DNA from: an uncultured Micavibrio sp.
Lineage (GTDB): Bacteria > Pseudomonadota > Alphaproteobacteria > Micavibrionales > Micavibrionaceae
Length of the DNA: 46,054 bases
Direction of reading: 5' to 3'
Assembly (NCBI GenBank): GCA_964624435.1
Contig: CAZUYV010000001.1
Location: forward strand, 1 to 46,054
The position numbers and the translations under genes are program-made. The notes beneath the pieces are model-generated. The model was not told the DNA's origin. It ran no database searches and saw only the letters and a program-made list of their open reading frames with translations. Shown piece by piece: positions 24,446-32,755 of this stretch (its first letter is position 1; each line of letters starts with the position of its first letter).

Positions 24446-24595
24446 CTAAACCGCTTGTTTATCCTCGGCAGGTCTTTGTTCCAACTTTGTATTTAAATCG
24501 ATCTGTGGCGATTCCAGACGTCTCAGAATGTACGTGATACTGATAACCTGCTTGCCACTTTCCTGCATCTGCTTTAATTCGTCTGTTAGGTTCAT
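24446..24595 (-). CDS. 49-aa protein (start trimmed to MNLTDEL)
   Basis: AGGGAGGCG SD before ATG 24595. Confidence 0.45.
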   Translation of the reverse strand: MNLTDELKQMQESGKQVISITYILRRLESPQIDLNTKLEQRPAEDKQAV

Positions 24596-24596
24596 T

Positions 24597-24761
24597 TCAC
24601 GCCTCCCTATGCAAAACGGCCTTCCCACCTTTGGTGACATACAACTGATAGGATCTATTCCCGCGCTTGATCCTAAAGAACACTCTGCCTTGCTTATCCT
24701 CCGACATACAGATCAGTTCCGCGTCATACCATTTCAAACCATGTTCGGTGCGTGTAATCAT
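24597..24761 (-). CDS. 54-aa protein (below cutoff)
   Basis: MITRTEHGLKWYDAELICMSEDKQGRVFFRIKRGNRSYQLYVTKGGKAVLHREA. Confidence 0.45.
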   Translation of the reverse strand: MITRTEHGLKWYDAELICMSEDKQGRVFFRIKRGNRSYQLYVTKGGKAVLHREA

Positions 24762-24763
24762 GC

Positions 24764-25000
24764 TCACGCCCCCTTTCTCATCAATCCGCTAATCTCCATG
24801 TCAATCAATGTCATTTCGACTTGGCTGCATACGGATTTTAAAACTTGCTTGCCTTCATGCTCTCCGGTGACCACATACCATTCGTCCGGTTCGCCGCTGT
24901 CGGCTACGATTACGGTTGAGCCGATCTTGTTGGCGTACCAGTAGAATTCATTGGGGCAGCTATTGATTTTTACTTCGTAGAGTTCTCCGCCTGCTCGCAT
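24764..25000 (-). CDS. Hypothetical protein (78 aa)
   Basis: ORF in the operon series. Confidence 0.5.
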   Translation of the reverse strand: MRAGGELYEVKINSCPNEFYWYANKIGSTVIVADSGEPDEWYVVTGEHEGKQVLKSVCSQVEMTLIDMEISGLMRKGA

Positions 25001-25179
25001 AATAATCTTGCCTCCCTTATTTGATCAAGCCAAATTTTTCGCATTTCACGGTTTGCGGCGTCAATTGTCCGCTGCCATTCAATCTGCGTTCTTGGCTTCT
25101 GTTCGTGAATGTATTTCTGGTTGTCCATGCAATTTAACAAGTGTTCCAATTTGTCTGCGTCAACCGTTACCGTTATCAT
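24970..25179 (-). CDS. Hypothetical protein (69 aa)
   Basis: ATGA-coupled to rusA. Confidence 0.5.
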   Translation of the reverse strand: MITVTVDADKLEHLLNCMDNQKYIHEQKPRTQIEWQRTIDAANREMRKIWLDQIREARLLCEQAENSTK

Positions 25180-25559
25180 CCAGTTACCTCCTTGATCTCG
25201 ATTTCAATTTGCGCGCGCATCCCATACATTTTCATTTCCGAGCTTTGCACGACTTGGCTATCATCATTCCAAGCTATGCCCGTTGCTGCATCGAATACCC
25301 CTTTGATCATGTTGTCGATGTCCGGCTTTTTCGTATGCCATTCTCCAGCCTGTTCCGGTTTCATTTTTTTGGTCATTGGCATTACAAAGAGTACGTTGAC
25401 GCTGACGGGTCCGGTTAATGGCTCTTTGATTTTTTCGTGCAGTTTCCAGGCTATAAAATCCTTGTAATGCCGATACCGCTGCGCGGCCTCGTCTTTGAAT
25501 TTTTGGCGTTGCGTTGTTCTGACTGCGCCCATCGGTTCAATATCGATGATTAATTTCAA
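25176..25559 (-). CDS. rusA: RusA-type Holliday junction resolvase
   Basis: KKPDIDNMIKGVFDAATGIAWNDDSQV motif. Confidence 0.8.
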   Translation of the reverse strand: MKLIIDIEPMGAVRTTQRQKFKDEAAQRYRHYKDFIAWKLHEKIKEPLTGPVSVNVLFVMPMTKKMKPEQAGEWHTKKPDIDNMIKGVFDAATGIAWNDDSQVVQSSEMKMYGMRAQIEIEIKEVTG

Positions 25560-25780
25560 TTCGCTTTCCTCCGATGCTTCGCACCCAATTGTGCATCCAT
25601 GATATAACCGGACTTCTTCATGCGCTTGGTTGCGATATTGTTCAGGTGATCCTGTATCTCTTGCGGGTACTCGTATATCATTTTCGTGATGCAGGGGCTT
25701 GGCTGCTCCCTCGGGTAATAAATCGGCTGAGGGACTGGGTAATGGGTTTCATGGATCATGTTTTCCGGCTCCCCTCCCAA
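25556..25780 (-). CDS. Hypothetical protein (74 aa)
   Basis: ORF coupled to rusA. Confidence 0.45.
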   Translation of the reverse strand: MGGEPENMIHETHYPVPQPIYYPREQPSPCITKMIYEYPQEIQDHLNNIATKRMKKSGYIMDAQLGAKHRRKAN

Positions 25781-25971
25781 AGCGCAGTGACCGCAATAGC
25801 AGCCAAGAAAGCAAATCCGACAAATACCGAATGCTGCCCGTAAGTCATGATCTTTTTACCGGTTGCCGTGTACGGCCTCATGGCGAATTCAAGGATGAGC
25901 AGCCATTTGCAGAGCCAAGAAAAGCAATAGGTTAGAACAGCGAATAGGACGATAAACTTTAATTGTTTCAT
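25756..25971 (-). CDS. 71-aa two-TM membrane protein
   Basis: FIVLFAVLTYCFSWLCKWLLIL and FVGFAFLAAIAVTALW. Confidence 0.5.
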   Translation of the reverse strand: MKQLKFIVLFAVLTYCFSWLCKWLLILEFAMRPYTATGKKIMTYGQHSVFVGFAFLAAIAVTALWEGSRKT

Positions 25972-26029
25972 GCCGGGATCCCCTTTCCAGGATAAAAGGG
26001 ATATGGATTGGGTTTGGGTGCTTTCTTTT

Positions 26030-26407
26030 TCATGGTGTCACCTCCGCCGAAGATTCGTAGATGTTGCCGATTACTTCAACCGCGTTTAAATTGTCAGTTC
26101 CCAGCTCTATCCACATCCTGCAAGAATTGAATGGAGTCCAACAAGCTGATGCGTCACTATACGCAACTTGTTTAATATGCTCGATATCGCAAAAGTGGTC
26201 AGAATAGCCGCCCATGATTTTGACTCGAACAATATCCCCTTCGTAAATCTCCTTGCCGTTTTTGTCCTTTAAGCCTGTGTATTGATAACTCGGAATATCT
26301 TGTGCACCGTTTCCCGTTAGTGGACTTTCAAAAATTGCTCCGTTTATCCCGATTCCCCAGTAATGCCATTCGCCATTGAATGGTTGTCTGAACTTAATTT
26401 CTCTCAT
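26030..26407 (-). CDS. YopX family protein
   Basis: MREIKFR...YQYTGLKDKNGKEIYEGDIV...EVIGNIYE. Confidence 0.8.
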   Translation of the reverse strand: MREIKFRQPFNGEWHYWGIGINGAIFESPLTGNGAQDIPSYQYTGLKDKNGKEIYEGDIVRVKIMGGYSDHFCDIEHIKQVAYSDASACWTPFNSCRMWIELGTDNLNAVEVIGNIYESSAEVTP

Positions 26408-26592
26408 CCCGTCTTCTTCCTCCCCTCAACTGCTTCCACATGTGCAACATCGCAGTATACATTTGCTGCTATTCGTTCTTTTGCCACGCCAGCTGCTAAA
26501 TGCTGCCGGATATAAAAGATGTCTTCGTGGTCGAGATAGTCTTCAACCAGGTTGGGGCGTTTGCGTTTTCGCATTGGTTTGTCGGTTGTCAT
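26404..26592 (-). CDS. Hypothetical protein (62 aa)
   Basis: ATGA-coupled on both sides. Confidence 0.5.
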   Translation of the reverse strand: MTTDKPMRKRKRPNLVEDYLDHEDIFYIRQHLAAGVAKERIAANVYCDVAHVEAVEGRKKTG

Positions 26593-27002
26593 GTCAGCAC
26601 CCCGTATCCGATCAGCAGCGATATGATAAATATCCGGGTGTAATGCACCGTCTGATCAATCTCGATAAGGACGAAAAACGGTAGTTTGCTGATATCGAAA
26701 CCTTTGTTTCCGACAATATTTTCAAGCGTGTCCTTGTACCAAAGGATGGGTAAACGGCTGTCGATGATGTAATGCTCGATAAAAGTTATCAGGAAAACAG
26801 CCGCTGCAAGCCAGTAATCAAAGGCGAATAACGTTAAGGCCGCAATTGTCACCGAATATACAAAGCAATGTTTGGTTCTGGCCCATGACCACAGTGCATT
26901 TGCCTTGTTCTGAGCCTGCATATCCGTTTGGAAAAGGTAATCCCCGATTCGGTGACCGACAAACTGTAAGATAAATGCTGTGCAAAATAAGATTAAATTC
27001 AT
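26589..27002 (-). CDS. DUF3307-like polytopic membrane protein
   Basis: GHRIGDYLFQTD motif plus 3-4 TM segments. Confidence 0.55.
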   Translation of the reverse strand: MNLILFCTAFILQFVGHRIGDYLFQTDMQAQNKANALWSWARTKHCFVYSVTIAALTLFAFDYWLAAAVFLITFIEHYIIDSRLPILWYKDTLENIVGNKGFDISKLPFFVLIEIDQTVHYTRIFIISLLIGYGVLT

Positions 27003-27196
27003 ATTGCATCCTCCATTTTCGCTTTTTTAGCCATAGAATCCGGCTTTTCCACAAGATTTAAATCTGCAAAGAACTTCTGGATCTCGGCGTACCGTACCCG
27101 ATCCTCCGGTGTTACTCTCCCGGCATCCATCCGCTTTTCGATTTCGTGCGCCTCCTCTGCCATGTTTGCTTTCTTTTGTCGTAAAGTGACTCCCAT
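26999..27196 (-). CDS. Hypothetical protein (65 aa)
   Basis: Coupled ORF. Confidence 0.5.
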   Translation of the reverse strand: MGVTLRQKKANMAEEAHEIEKRMDAGRVTPEDRVRYAEIQKFFADLNLVEKPDSMAKKAKMEDAI

Positions 27197-27205
27197 TTGA
27201 CTCCC

Positions 27206-27409
27206 CTATTTCTTTGTTTTTAGATAATCTGCATAGCCTGGTAATGCGGCATGAATGTCCATCGGTGCAAAGTCTGGCTTGCTTGGTTGCTTATGCCTCC
27301 GTCCGAAGTAGTTAATCATGTCGTTTGTAAACTTTTGTGCAGCAGGGCCCTTTAAACCCTGCTCCTGTAGCTGCTTCTCAATCCATTTGCGTTCGTCCGG
27401 TGTGATCAT
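27206..27409 (-). CDS. Hypothetical protein (67 aa)
   Basis: ATGA-coupled to the replication gene. Confidence 0.5.
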   Translation of the reverse strand: MITPDERKWIEKQLQEQGLKGPAAQKFTNDMINYFGRRHKQPSKPDFAPMDIHAALPGYADYLKTKK

Positions 27410-28287
27410 CGCCTATCCTCCGTCCCAGTGTCCTTGCCGTCCAGCCTGCGGGCTTTTTCGAGCATTTCTGCTCGTTTTTCAGCGGTTATCGGATTGCTTT
27501 TTGGCACATCCGCGATAATGGGAATTTGTGGCTTTCGGCTTAATCCTGATCGATTGTCGCGTTGTGATTTCGCTTGACCACCTTGTACAACAATTAACTT
27601 TTTATCAAGGTTATTCTTGTGCCATTTACGGATCATTAAATTGTGATCCTTATAATCTTTGATTCTTGTCGGCTTTTGGGTGAACCAGTAATTTATATCC
27701 TCTATCAATTTTTCAACGATAGGTTCGGATAAATCTTTGTTCAGTTTTTCAAATTGTTCAATCGTTAAAAGGACGTGTTCACCGTATAATGTTTTAATTA
27801 CTTTGTTTTCTTTATTACCTTGTTTACTTTGTTCTTGTGTGGTCGCTCGCTGGTCGCCTGCTGGTCGCTCGCTGGTCGCTCGTTGGTCAGTCTGCTGGTC
27901 GCCAAAGTCCATTTCTCCTTGCTGTGACTGGTCTGGCTGCTGGTCACTCTGCTGGTCGTTTTTTACGTGGTACTTCGCAAAATTGACCACTTTGTATACC
28001 GAACACTTGCGGTACTTATTTACGACCTCGATCATTCCGTCTTTAATCAGCTTTTCAAACAGCGTTCGAATACGTCTTTCGGATACTTTCAGGCGGTCGC
28101 TCCATTTGATTCTTCCAAAGACGAAATGACCGTATTCGATAGTTACAAGCTCGCCCTCAATGAGTTTTTTTTCAGTTTCCTTGCTGTAGCGAGTCCGAAG
28201 TAAAATCTCAAACCAAACCTTGAAATACTCGGGATCTTGGTAAATCCAATGGTGTTCTATCTCTCGGTCAATACCTATGAAAGCCAT
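27406..28287 (-). CDS. Replisome organizer / DnaD-like replication initiation protein
   Basis: N-terminal wHTH-like region (YFKVWFEILL...RRIRTLFEKLIKDGMIEV), Q/D-rich linker, C-terminal DnaD-like region (...DHNLMIRKWHKNN). Confidence 0.7.
   Translation of the reverse strand: MAFIGIDREIEHHWIYQDPEYFKVWFEILLRTRYSKETEKKLIEGELVTIEYGHFVFGRIKWSDRLKVSERRIRTLFEKLIKDGMIEVVNKYRKCSVYKVVNFAKYHVKNDQQSDQQPDQSQQGEMDFGDQQTDQRATSERPAGDQRATTQEQSKQGNKENKVIKTLYGEHVLLTIEQFEKLNKDLSEPIVEKLIEDINYWFTQKPTRIKDYKDHNLMIRKWHKNNLDKKLIVVQGGQAKSQRDNRSGLSRKPQIPIIADVPKSNPITAEKRAEMLEKARRLDGKDTGTEDRR
27840..27957. repeat. Iteron array (candidate phage origin) inside the replication gene
   Basis: TGGTC core at 27840, 27851, 27862, 27873, 27884, 27896, 27929, 27941, 27953 (11-12 bp phasing; unit GCTGGTCGCTC); flanked by an AT-rich tract 27780..27838. 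Confidence 0.7.
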
Positions 28288-28335
28288 TCAATATGTTCAC
28301 CGCCGTTCCTTAAGATTCAACAAATTTTGCGCAAT

Positions 28336-28590
28336 CTACCAACGGAAAATCTCGATTTTTTCAGCAGCTATTTTTGCTTCTTCGAGCGTCGTGAACACAT
28401 TCTTAGGAAGATAATTTCTATTTCCAGAAATGTAATGCCTTACATTGCCGTTCCGAAATAGACGGACTTCAGTAATTGTAATTTTAATGACCTTTGGTTG
28501 CTCGAATTGCCCTGTTTCGCTGTTGAATTTCTTGGAAACAGAATATACCTTGCTACCAAGCGCAATTGGTAAAATAATCGTTTGTTCCAT
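28336..28590 (-). CDS. Hypothetical protein (84 aa)
   Basis: GGGGGAGGGTGAG SD. Confidence 0.55.
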   Translation of the reverse strand: MEQTIILPIALGSKVYSVSKKFNSETGQFEQPKVIKITITEVRLFRNGNVRHYISGNRNYLPKNVFTTLEEAKIAAEKIEIFRW

Positions 28591-28681
28591 GCCTACTCAC
28601 CCTCCCCCAATGAATCCCACCAAGTTATAACCGCCGCTATTACCCCTGCCGGAAAATGCCGCATTCGCTCCCATAAGGTCA

Positions 28682-29065
28682 TTAGTACGTCCTCGCAATC
28701 GTGTTGATAATGCCCTCAATCACATTGGCCGTAGTGTAGTTTTTATTTGTGAGTGCAGCTGAAAACGCATTGTTCAGTTCCTTTACGGCTATTTCTGTAA
28801 TAGCCTTGAGAGATTCAATTTGATCTCTTAATTGTGATTCAATCCGTATGCTTTCCTCGCTGTACCCTTCGTGAAATTCTTTTTGATTCGCTATTTCTTT
28901 CCTGAGAGATTCGATTTCTCCCTCGGATTCAGTTGAGGGGAAAGCATCTGCTTCGATTTTTTTAATCACGTAGTCAAGCGCCTTTCCAGATTGTGACAGT
29001 TTGTTTTCTTCATAGTTTGCGTAAAGGAATTTCAACAATGCTTTCCGGCTCACTAATTCACTCAT
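28682..29065 (-). CDS. Hypothetical coiled-coil protein (127 aa)
   Basis: ORF with SD. Confidence 0.55.
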   Translation of the reverse strand: MSELVSRKALLKFLYANYEENKLSQSGKALDYVIKKIEADAFPSTESEGEIESLRKEIANQKEFHEGYSEESIRIESQLRDQIESLKAITEIAVKELNNAFSAALTNKNYTTANVIEGIINTIARTY

Positions 29066-29086
29066 TTATTTATCTCCTTCCTGTAA

Positions 29087-29377
29087 CTAAGAGTTCAAGT
29101 ACAAAGCTTTCAACTTCTCATATTGGATTTTTAAGTCTGTTATTTCTTCCTTTTGGGATTCGATTAGCTTTTGTTTGTCCTGTAAATCCAATAGTTGCAA
29201 TCGTTTTACTTCCTCATTGCCTCGAATATGGGTGTTCATTTGTTCTTGTAGGGATTCGATAGTGGCGATAAGGGAAAGAATATCCTTTCTTGCCAACTGG
29301 ATAATATCGAATAGGCTTCCTTCGGTGAATGTGATTATTTCGCCAGTTGAACGTTGCCAAAACGTCTGTATATTCAT
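29087..29377 (-). CDS. Hypothetical coiled-coil protein (96 aa)
   Basis: AAAGGAGTG SD. Confidence 0.55.
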   Translation of the reverse strand: MNIQTFWQRSTGEIITFTEGSLFDIIQLARKDILSLIATIESLQEQMNTHIRGNEEVKRLQLLDLQDKQKLIESQKEEITDLKIQYEKLKALYLNS

Positions 29378-29404
29378 TTCATCACTCCTTTAAAAGTATT
29401 GGGG

Positions 29405-29450
29405 CGGCCTCCGGGCTACGCCCTAAGCGGATTCGTTCGGATCGGAGGCC
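29405..29450 (-). promoter_or_regulatory. Structured intergenic element, copy A
   Basis: Minus strand GGCCUCCGAUCCGAACGAAUCCGCUUAGGGCGUAGCCCGGAGGCC; 8-bp closing stem plus inner GGGC-GUA-GCCC hairpin. Confidence 0.55.
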
Positions 29451-29461
29451 TGCGGCAAAGA

Positions 29462-29641
29462 TTAATTCAAGTTCAAAGACACAGTATCTTCGATCTCAGC
29501 AATACCATATTCAACTTGGCTGCCATAATGTTTAACCTGCTCGCCAAATTCTTCCATGCGTTCCTTAGCTTCTTTCCGATCTCCATAAAAACCAAATCCA
29601 TCGGTTCCGTCTGCATAGCGATAGAAAAACAGATAATTCAT
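29462..29641 (-). CDS. 59-aa protein (start trimmed to MNYLFFYRY)
   Basis: GGGAGGA SD before ATG 29641. Confidence 0.5.
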   Translation of the reverse strand: MNYLFFYRYADGTDGFGFYGDRKEAKERMEEFGEQVKHYGSQVEYGIAEIEDTVSLNLN

Positions 29642-29973
29642 GCTATTTCCTCCCAATTTTTACGATGATGTTTGATGTAAAACAAAAGCCTTGGCTGCCA
29701 TAACTTTTTGTTTTTATGGACAATTGGGTTATGACAGAATACACAGAGTTGAACGCAGTTTTCTAAGATGTATAAACCTCGCGGATAAATGACTCGATGG
29801 ATCTGCAAGCCGCCTTTCGGTCGTCCGCAGAGTAAACACCAGTCTCCGTCCCGTTCAATGATCTGTTTGCGGAGCTTTTTCTTGTTGGTGTTCGGGTTTT
29901 CCGAATAGCTCGCAAGCTGCGATTCCTTTGTGCACGTATATGCTGGTTGGTTAGCTAAGGAGTGTATGATCAT
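29638..29973 (-). CDS. HNH endonuclease
   Basis: CLLCGRPKGGLQIHRV...CVFCHNPIVH. Confidence 0.6.
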   Translation of the reverse strand: MIIHSLANQPAYTCTKESQLASYSENPNTNKKKLRKQIIERDGDWCLLCGRPKGGLQIHRVIYPRGLYILENCVQLCVFCHNPIVHKNKKLWQPRLLFYIKHHRKNWEEIA

Positions 29974-29974
29974 G

Positions 29975-30799
29975 TTAAAAATCCAAATTGTCAGTATCTA
30001 TTGGTTCACCGTCACCTGTAATATCGATGATTTCGCTCATGTCCTCTGCAATTTCGGTCTTAATGGTTTCATCCATGGCAACCTTGTTTTGGATTTCAAC
30101 TGAGATGGGCATGTATTTGACAAGCGCCTTGATCACCGTCTTTTTCGCCATTTCGTCAAATTGGTCAACCCAAGGGCCAAATTTTGCGGTTTTTGAATAA
30201 AGGTCGCGATGGCGTTCAATATCCGGTTTGCCCATAACCAAAAACGAATAGCCGCCATTCTTGAATTTCGCATAAGCGTAATAGAGGTACACCGCGCCCC
30301 TGTCACCTTCCAGCTTCGGGATGTGCTTTAGGTTTTCATTTAGCCCATATTCAAACTCAAACACATCATTTTTGTGTACGGCATGGGCAGCAATGCTGGA
30401 TATTTCCCCTGTACGGCGAACCAAGTCCAGAAGCCCTTTGTAGCCAATCTGGAATTGTGCCTCCTGCTCCCAATATTCCTTGCCGTTTTTGTCTTTTTTC
30501 TTGTTGTTGTAAGGAATCAGGTAAGCATGTCCCAACACTCCCGGCTCCAATCCCAATTGCGCGCACTGCATGACCGATGCTAAGAGAGAAACCGCCGTGC
30601 AAGCCTTTAGCTTGGGATTGGTTTTAATCGCTGTTGTGGCGATCCTGAGAAGCCGATCTGGCGTCATATGTTTAGGGATGGCTTGTTGAATGGCTGGCAT
30701 CATATCCTTAAAAAGTTGGTCTATCGTCTTCCCTTCCCTGGTTCCTGCTTTGGCTTTTTCCGCCAATTGTGCATTTAAGTTTGTTTGATCCACAGACAT
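29975..30799 (-). CDS. recT: RecT-family single-strand annealing protein
   Basis: ...LLASVMQCAQLGLEPG...AYLIPY...IGYKGLLDLVRRTGEI pattern. Confidence 0.85.
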   Translation of the reverse strand: MSVDQTNLNAQLAEKAKAGTREGKTIDQLFKDMMPAIQQAIPKHMTPDRLLRIATTAIKTNPKLKACTAVSLLASVMQCAQLGLEPGVLGHAYLIPYNNKKKDKNGKEYWEQEAQFQIGYKGLLDLVRRTGEISSIAAHAVHKNDVFEFEYGLNENLKHIPKLEGDRGAVYLYYAYAKFKNGGYSFLVMGKPDIERHRDLYSKTAKFGPWVDQFDEMAKKTVIKALVKYMPISVEIQNKVAMDETIKTEIAEDMSEIIDITGDGEPIDTDNLDF

Positions 30800-31671
30800 T
30801 ACTCTTCGCTCCCAACTGCCCGGAATGACCGGACACCTTTTTTATTTGCTTTCCAAGTGAACTTTAATTCACCTTGCCAGTACGCTTTTTCCTTATGCCC
30901 CATCATGCCCTTGATTTGGTTTTTGGCAGTCTCCTTCGCCATCTCTGCAACCGCCATTGCTCTATCTGCATCGTGGTAATCTTGGATAATGGGGTAAGCT
31001 TCCTCCGGTAAATCTATGCACGATTCTGCTATGGACTCGCGGTAGGTTTCTTTTAAATAATCGCTGTCCTGATGTGAAAAGGCGGGAGGTATTTTAGCTA
31101 AAACGTGGTCATGCCAGAAGTCATGCTCAATCTTGATTAAGCTCTGGATTAGCGCTTCATCACGCTCTACCACGCGCCATTGAAAATCCCACCCCCCGAT
31201 TAAAACCGCTATATACCAGCGCTCTGCCCCCGTGACCGCCATGTAATGATTACACTGCAAAACGTACTCTGTAGGCGCTTGTGTGCCCTCCCAATCCCCC
31301 CTGCAATATTCTGCTGTGTTCTTTACTTCAAGCCCGGCATTCTGCCCTGGAAGCCAGCGGTCGATATTGGCTAACATGTGCGGATGTTGCTTATGCTGAA
31401 AAATGGCATTCTGCTTCATGACCTTCATGCCCGTTTCTTCTGCGAACCAATCTGCGACAACTGGCTCCAAGATGCGCCCGGCTTTCATTTTGGGGTTATC
31501 TTCAATCGGAGGGATTTCCCCCAGCTTGTCCAGAAAAACCTCTATAGGCGACTTATAGCGGCTCATACCGCATATAGCAGCAATATCAGATCCACCCAAG
31601 CCAGTACGGCGAACGTCAAGCCATTCCTCATGGGATTGATTTATAGTTGAAACCAATCTAAGTGCATTCAT
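30799..31671 (-). CDS. YqaJ-type (lambda Exo-like) recombination exonuclease
   Basis: EEWLDVRRTGLGGSDIAAICG...GLEVKN...QCNHYMAVTG pattern. Confidence 0.85.
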   Translation of the reverse strand: MNALRLVSTINQSHEEWLDVRRTGLGGSDIAAICGMSRYKSPIEVFLDKLGEIPPIEDNPKMKAGRILEPVVADWFAEETGMKVMKQNAIFQHKQHPHMLANIDRWLPGQNAGLEVKNTAEYCRGDWEGTQAPTEYVLQCNHYMAVTGAERWYIAVLIGGWDFQWRVVERDEALIQSLIKIEHDFWHDHVLAKIPPAFSHQDSDYLKETYRESIAESCIDLPEEAYPIIQDYHDADRAMAVAEMAKETAKNQIKGMMGHKEKAYWQGELKFTWKANKKGVRSFRAVGSEE

Positions 31672-31831
31672 ATGGTCACTCTCCCAAATGTGTTGTATAA
31701 TTGCGGTATACCTTTTCCAAAGGGTTACTCGGTCGCTGCTGATACAGCGGCTTCTTTCTTGTGCTGATTCCTCAATAGGATGATAGTCATTAATCTGTGA
31801 AGATGGAGCCGCCTAGCCATTTGCAAATAAG

Positions 31832-31987
31832 TCACCCTTCTATCCCCTTTACAGTAAGACCTTGGAGTTTTAACACGGTTCTAATTGCTTCCATGGACTC
31901 CGATGCTCCTGATTCCCTGCATTCTTCGTAATAATCACTTAGCCGCTCTCTCCACATAAAATTTAATTCCTCAGTTACTTGGCTCAT
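31832..31987 (-). CDS. 51-aa protein (start trimmed to MSQVTEE)
   Basis: AAGGAG SD 6 nt before ATG 31987; the 81-aa version would overlap the upstream gene by 107 nt. Confidence 0.45.
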   Translation of the reverse strand: MSQVTEELNFMWRERLSDYYEECRESGASESMEAIRTVLKLQGLTVKGIEG

Positions 31988-32276
31988 TGATTGCTCCTTC
32001 CAGACATTTTCTTGCACGCTTGCCTTCATCATGGAGAACTTGTCGTCCTTGAAATAAATCGGGATCATTGGTTTCAATCACTTCTGCGTAATTGAATGGA
32101 TTTGCATACCATTCAAGAGTCTTTTGCATTTCCTTAAATTGGTGTTCAATTTTAATCAGATCATCGAGCAATAATTTCTCACGATCTTGTGAAGCTTTGA
32201 GTAATTCCATTGCAGGTTTTTCCGCTTTATCCATGTAAAAGGACAATTCTTCAAATGTGTATAATCCGTCTTTCAT
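31971..32276 (-). CDS. Hypothetical protein (101 aa)
   Basis: GGAGGGTGAG SD. Confidence 0.55.
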   Translation of the reverse strand: MKDGLYTFEELSFYMDKAEKPAMELLKASQDREKLLLDDLIKIEHQFKEMQKTLEWYANPFNYAEVIETNDPDLFQGRQVLHDEGKRARKCLEGAINEPSN

Positions 32277-32310
32277 TCCGTTTTCTCACCCTCCGATAAA
32301 ATAAAATGCT

Positions 32311-32490
32311 TTACCATGTCCGATCACGTAATGGAATGCGCTCCAATTGGTTTTTCTTCTTAATAAACTCGCTCTGAAGGGCTTTGAACATGTCGGGATT
32401 TCCCTTGCCAGCCTGTACCAATTCCAGACGCATACTGTCCAACTGCGGCATGCTTTCGCAGTCTTTGATTTTCTTAATCAATTGATTCAT
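32311..32490 (-). CDS. 59-aa protein (below cutoff)
   Basis: MNQLIKKIKDCESMPQLDSMRLELVQAGKGNPDMF...; AAAGGAGAAA SD. Confidence 0.45.
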   Translation of the reverse strand: MNQLIKKIKDCESMPQLDSMRLELVQAGKGNPDMFKALQSEFIKKKNQLERIPLRDRTW

Positions 32491-32519
32491 TTGTAATTTC
32501 TCCTTTGAATTTGATTTTG

Positions 32520-32565
32520 CCGAAGGCCATCAATCGACTGAATATGCTTAGTGAAACGGAGGCCG
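32520..32565 (+). promoter_or_regulatory. Structured intergenic element, copy D (opposite orientation)
   Basis: Plus strand CCGAAGGCCATCAATCGACTGAATATGCTTAGTGAAACGGAGGCCG. Confidence 0.4.
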
Positions 32566-32575
32566 AAAAGGTTTT

Positions 32576-32755
32576 TTAATATTGACCTAAATCTGCTCCG
32601 CTCATGCTGCGACCCAACTTTTGCACATAATCAGGATCAACATTTTCATCTAAATCTATTAATCCTCCGCCGCATTTACATGTAGTCAAACAATTCAGTT
32701 CTACAACAAGCCAATCATAATTACGTTTGCATATTGCACATTTAAATCCCGTCAT
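32576..32755 (-). CDS. 59-aa zinc-ribbon protein (below cutoff)
   Basis: MTGFKCAICKRNYDWLVVELNCLTTCKCGG... Confidence 0.5.
   Translation of the reverse strand: MTGFKCAICKRNYDWLVVELNCLTTCKCGGGLIDLDENVDPDYVQKLGRSMSGADLGQY

Noticed and set aside
26818-27054. 78-aa ORF overlapping the DUF3307 gene
   Set aside because: It is an alternate frame of a gene with a clear family signature. It has no SD and would break the ATGA-coupled gene chain.
27840-27957. Possible CRISPR-like or minisatellite array
   Set aside because: The repeats are 11-12 bp with no unique spacers, lie inside a coding linker, and are helically phased. They are interpreted as origin iterons, not CRISPR.
28591-28672. Tiny Gly-rich ORF (MGANAAFSGRGNSGGYNLVGFIGGG) in the gap before 28590
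   Set aside because: It is 25 codons long, has no SD, and overlaps the SD of the downstream gene.
31672-31831. Possible 31-aa ORF, promoter or hairpin in the 160-bp gap upstream of the exonuclease gene
   Set aside because: The ORF has no SD. The TATAAT-like word is on the wrong strand for any downstream gene. The CGCTG-N6-CAGCG hairpin lacks a U-tract on the transcribed strand. Nothing here is firm enough to call.
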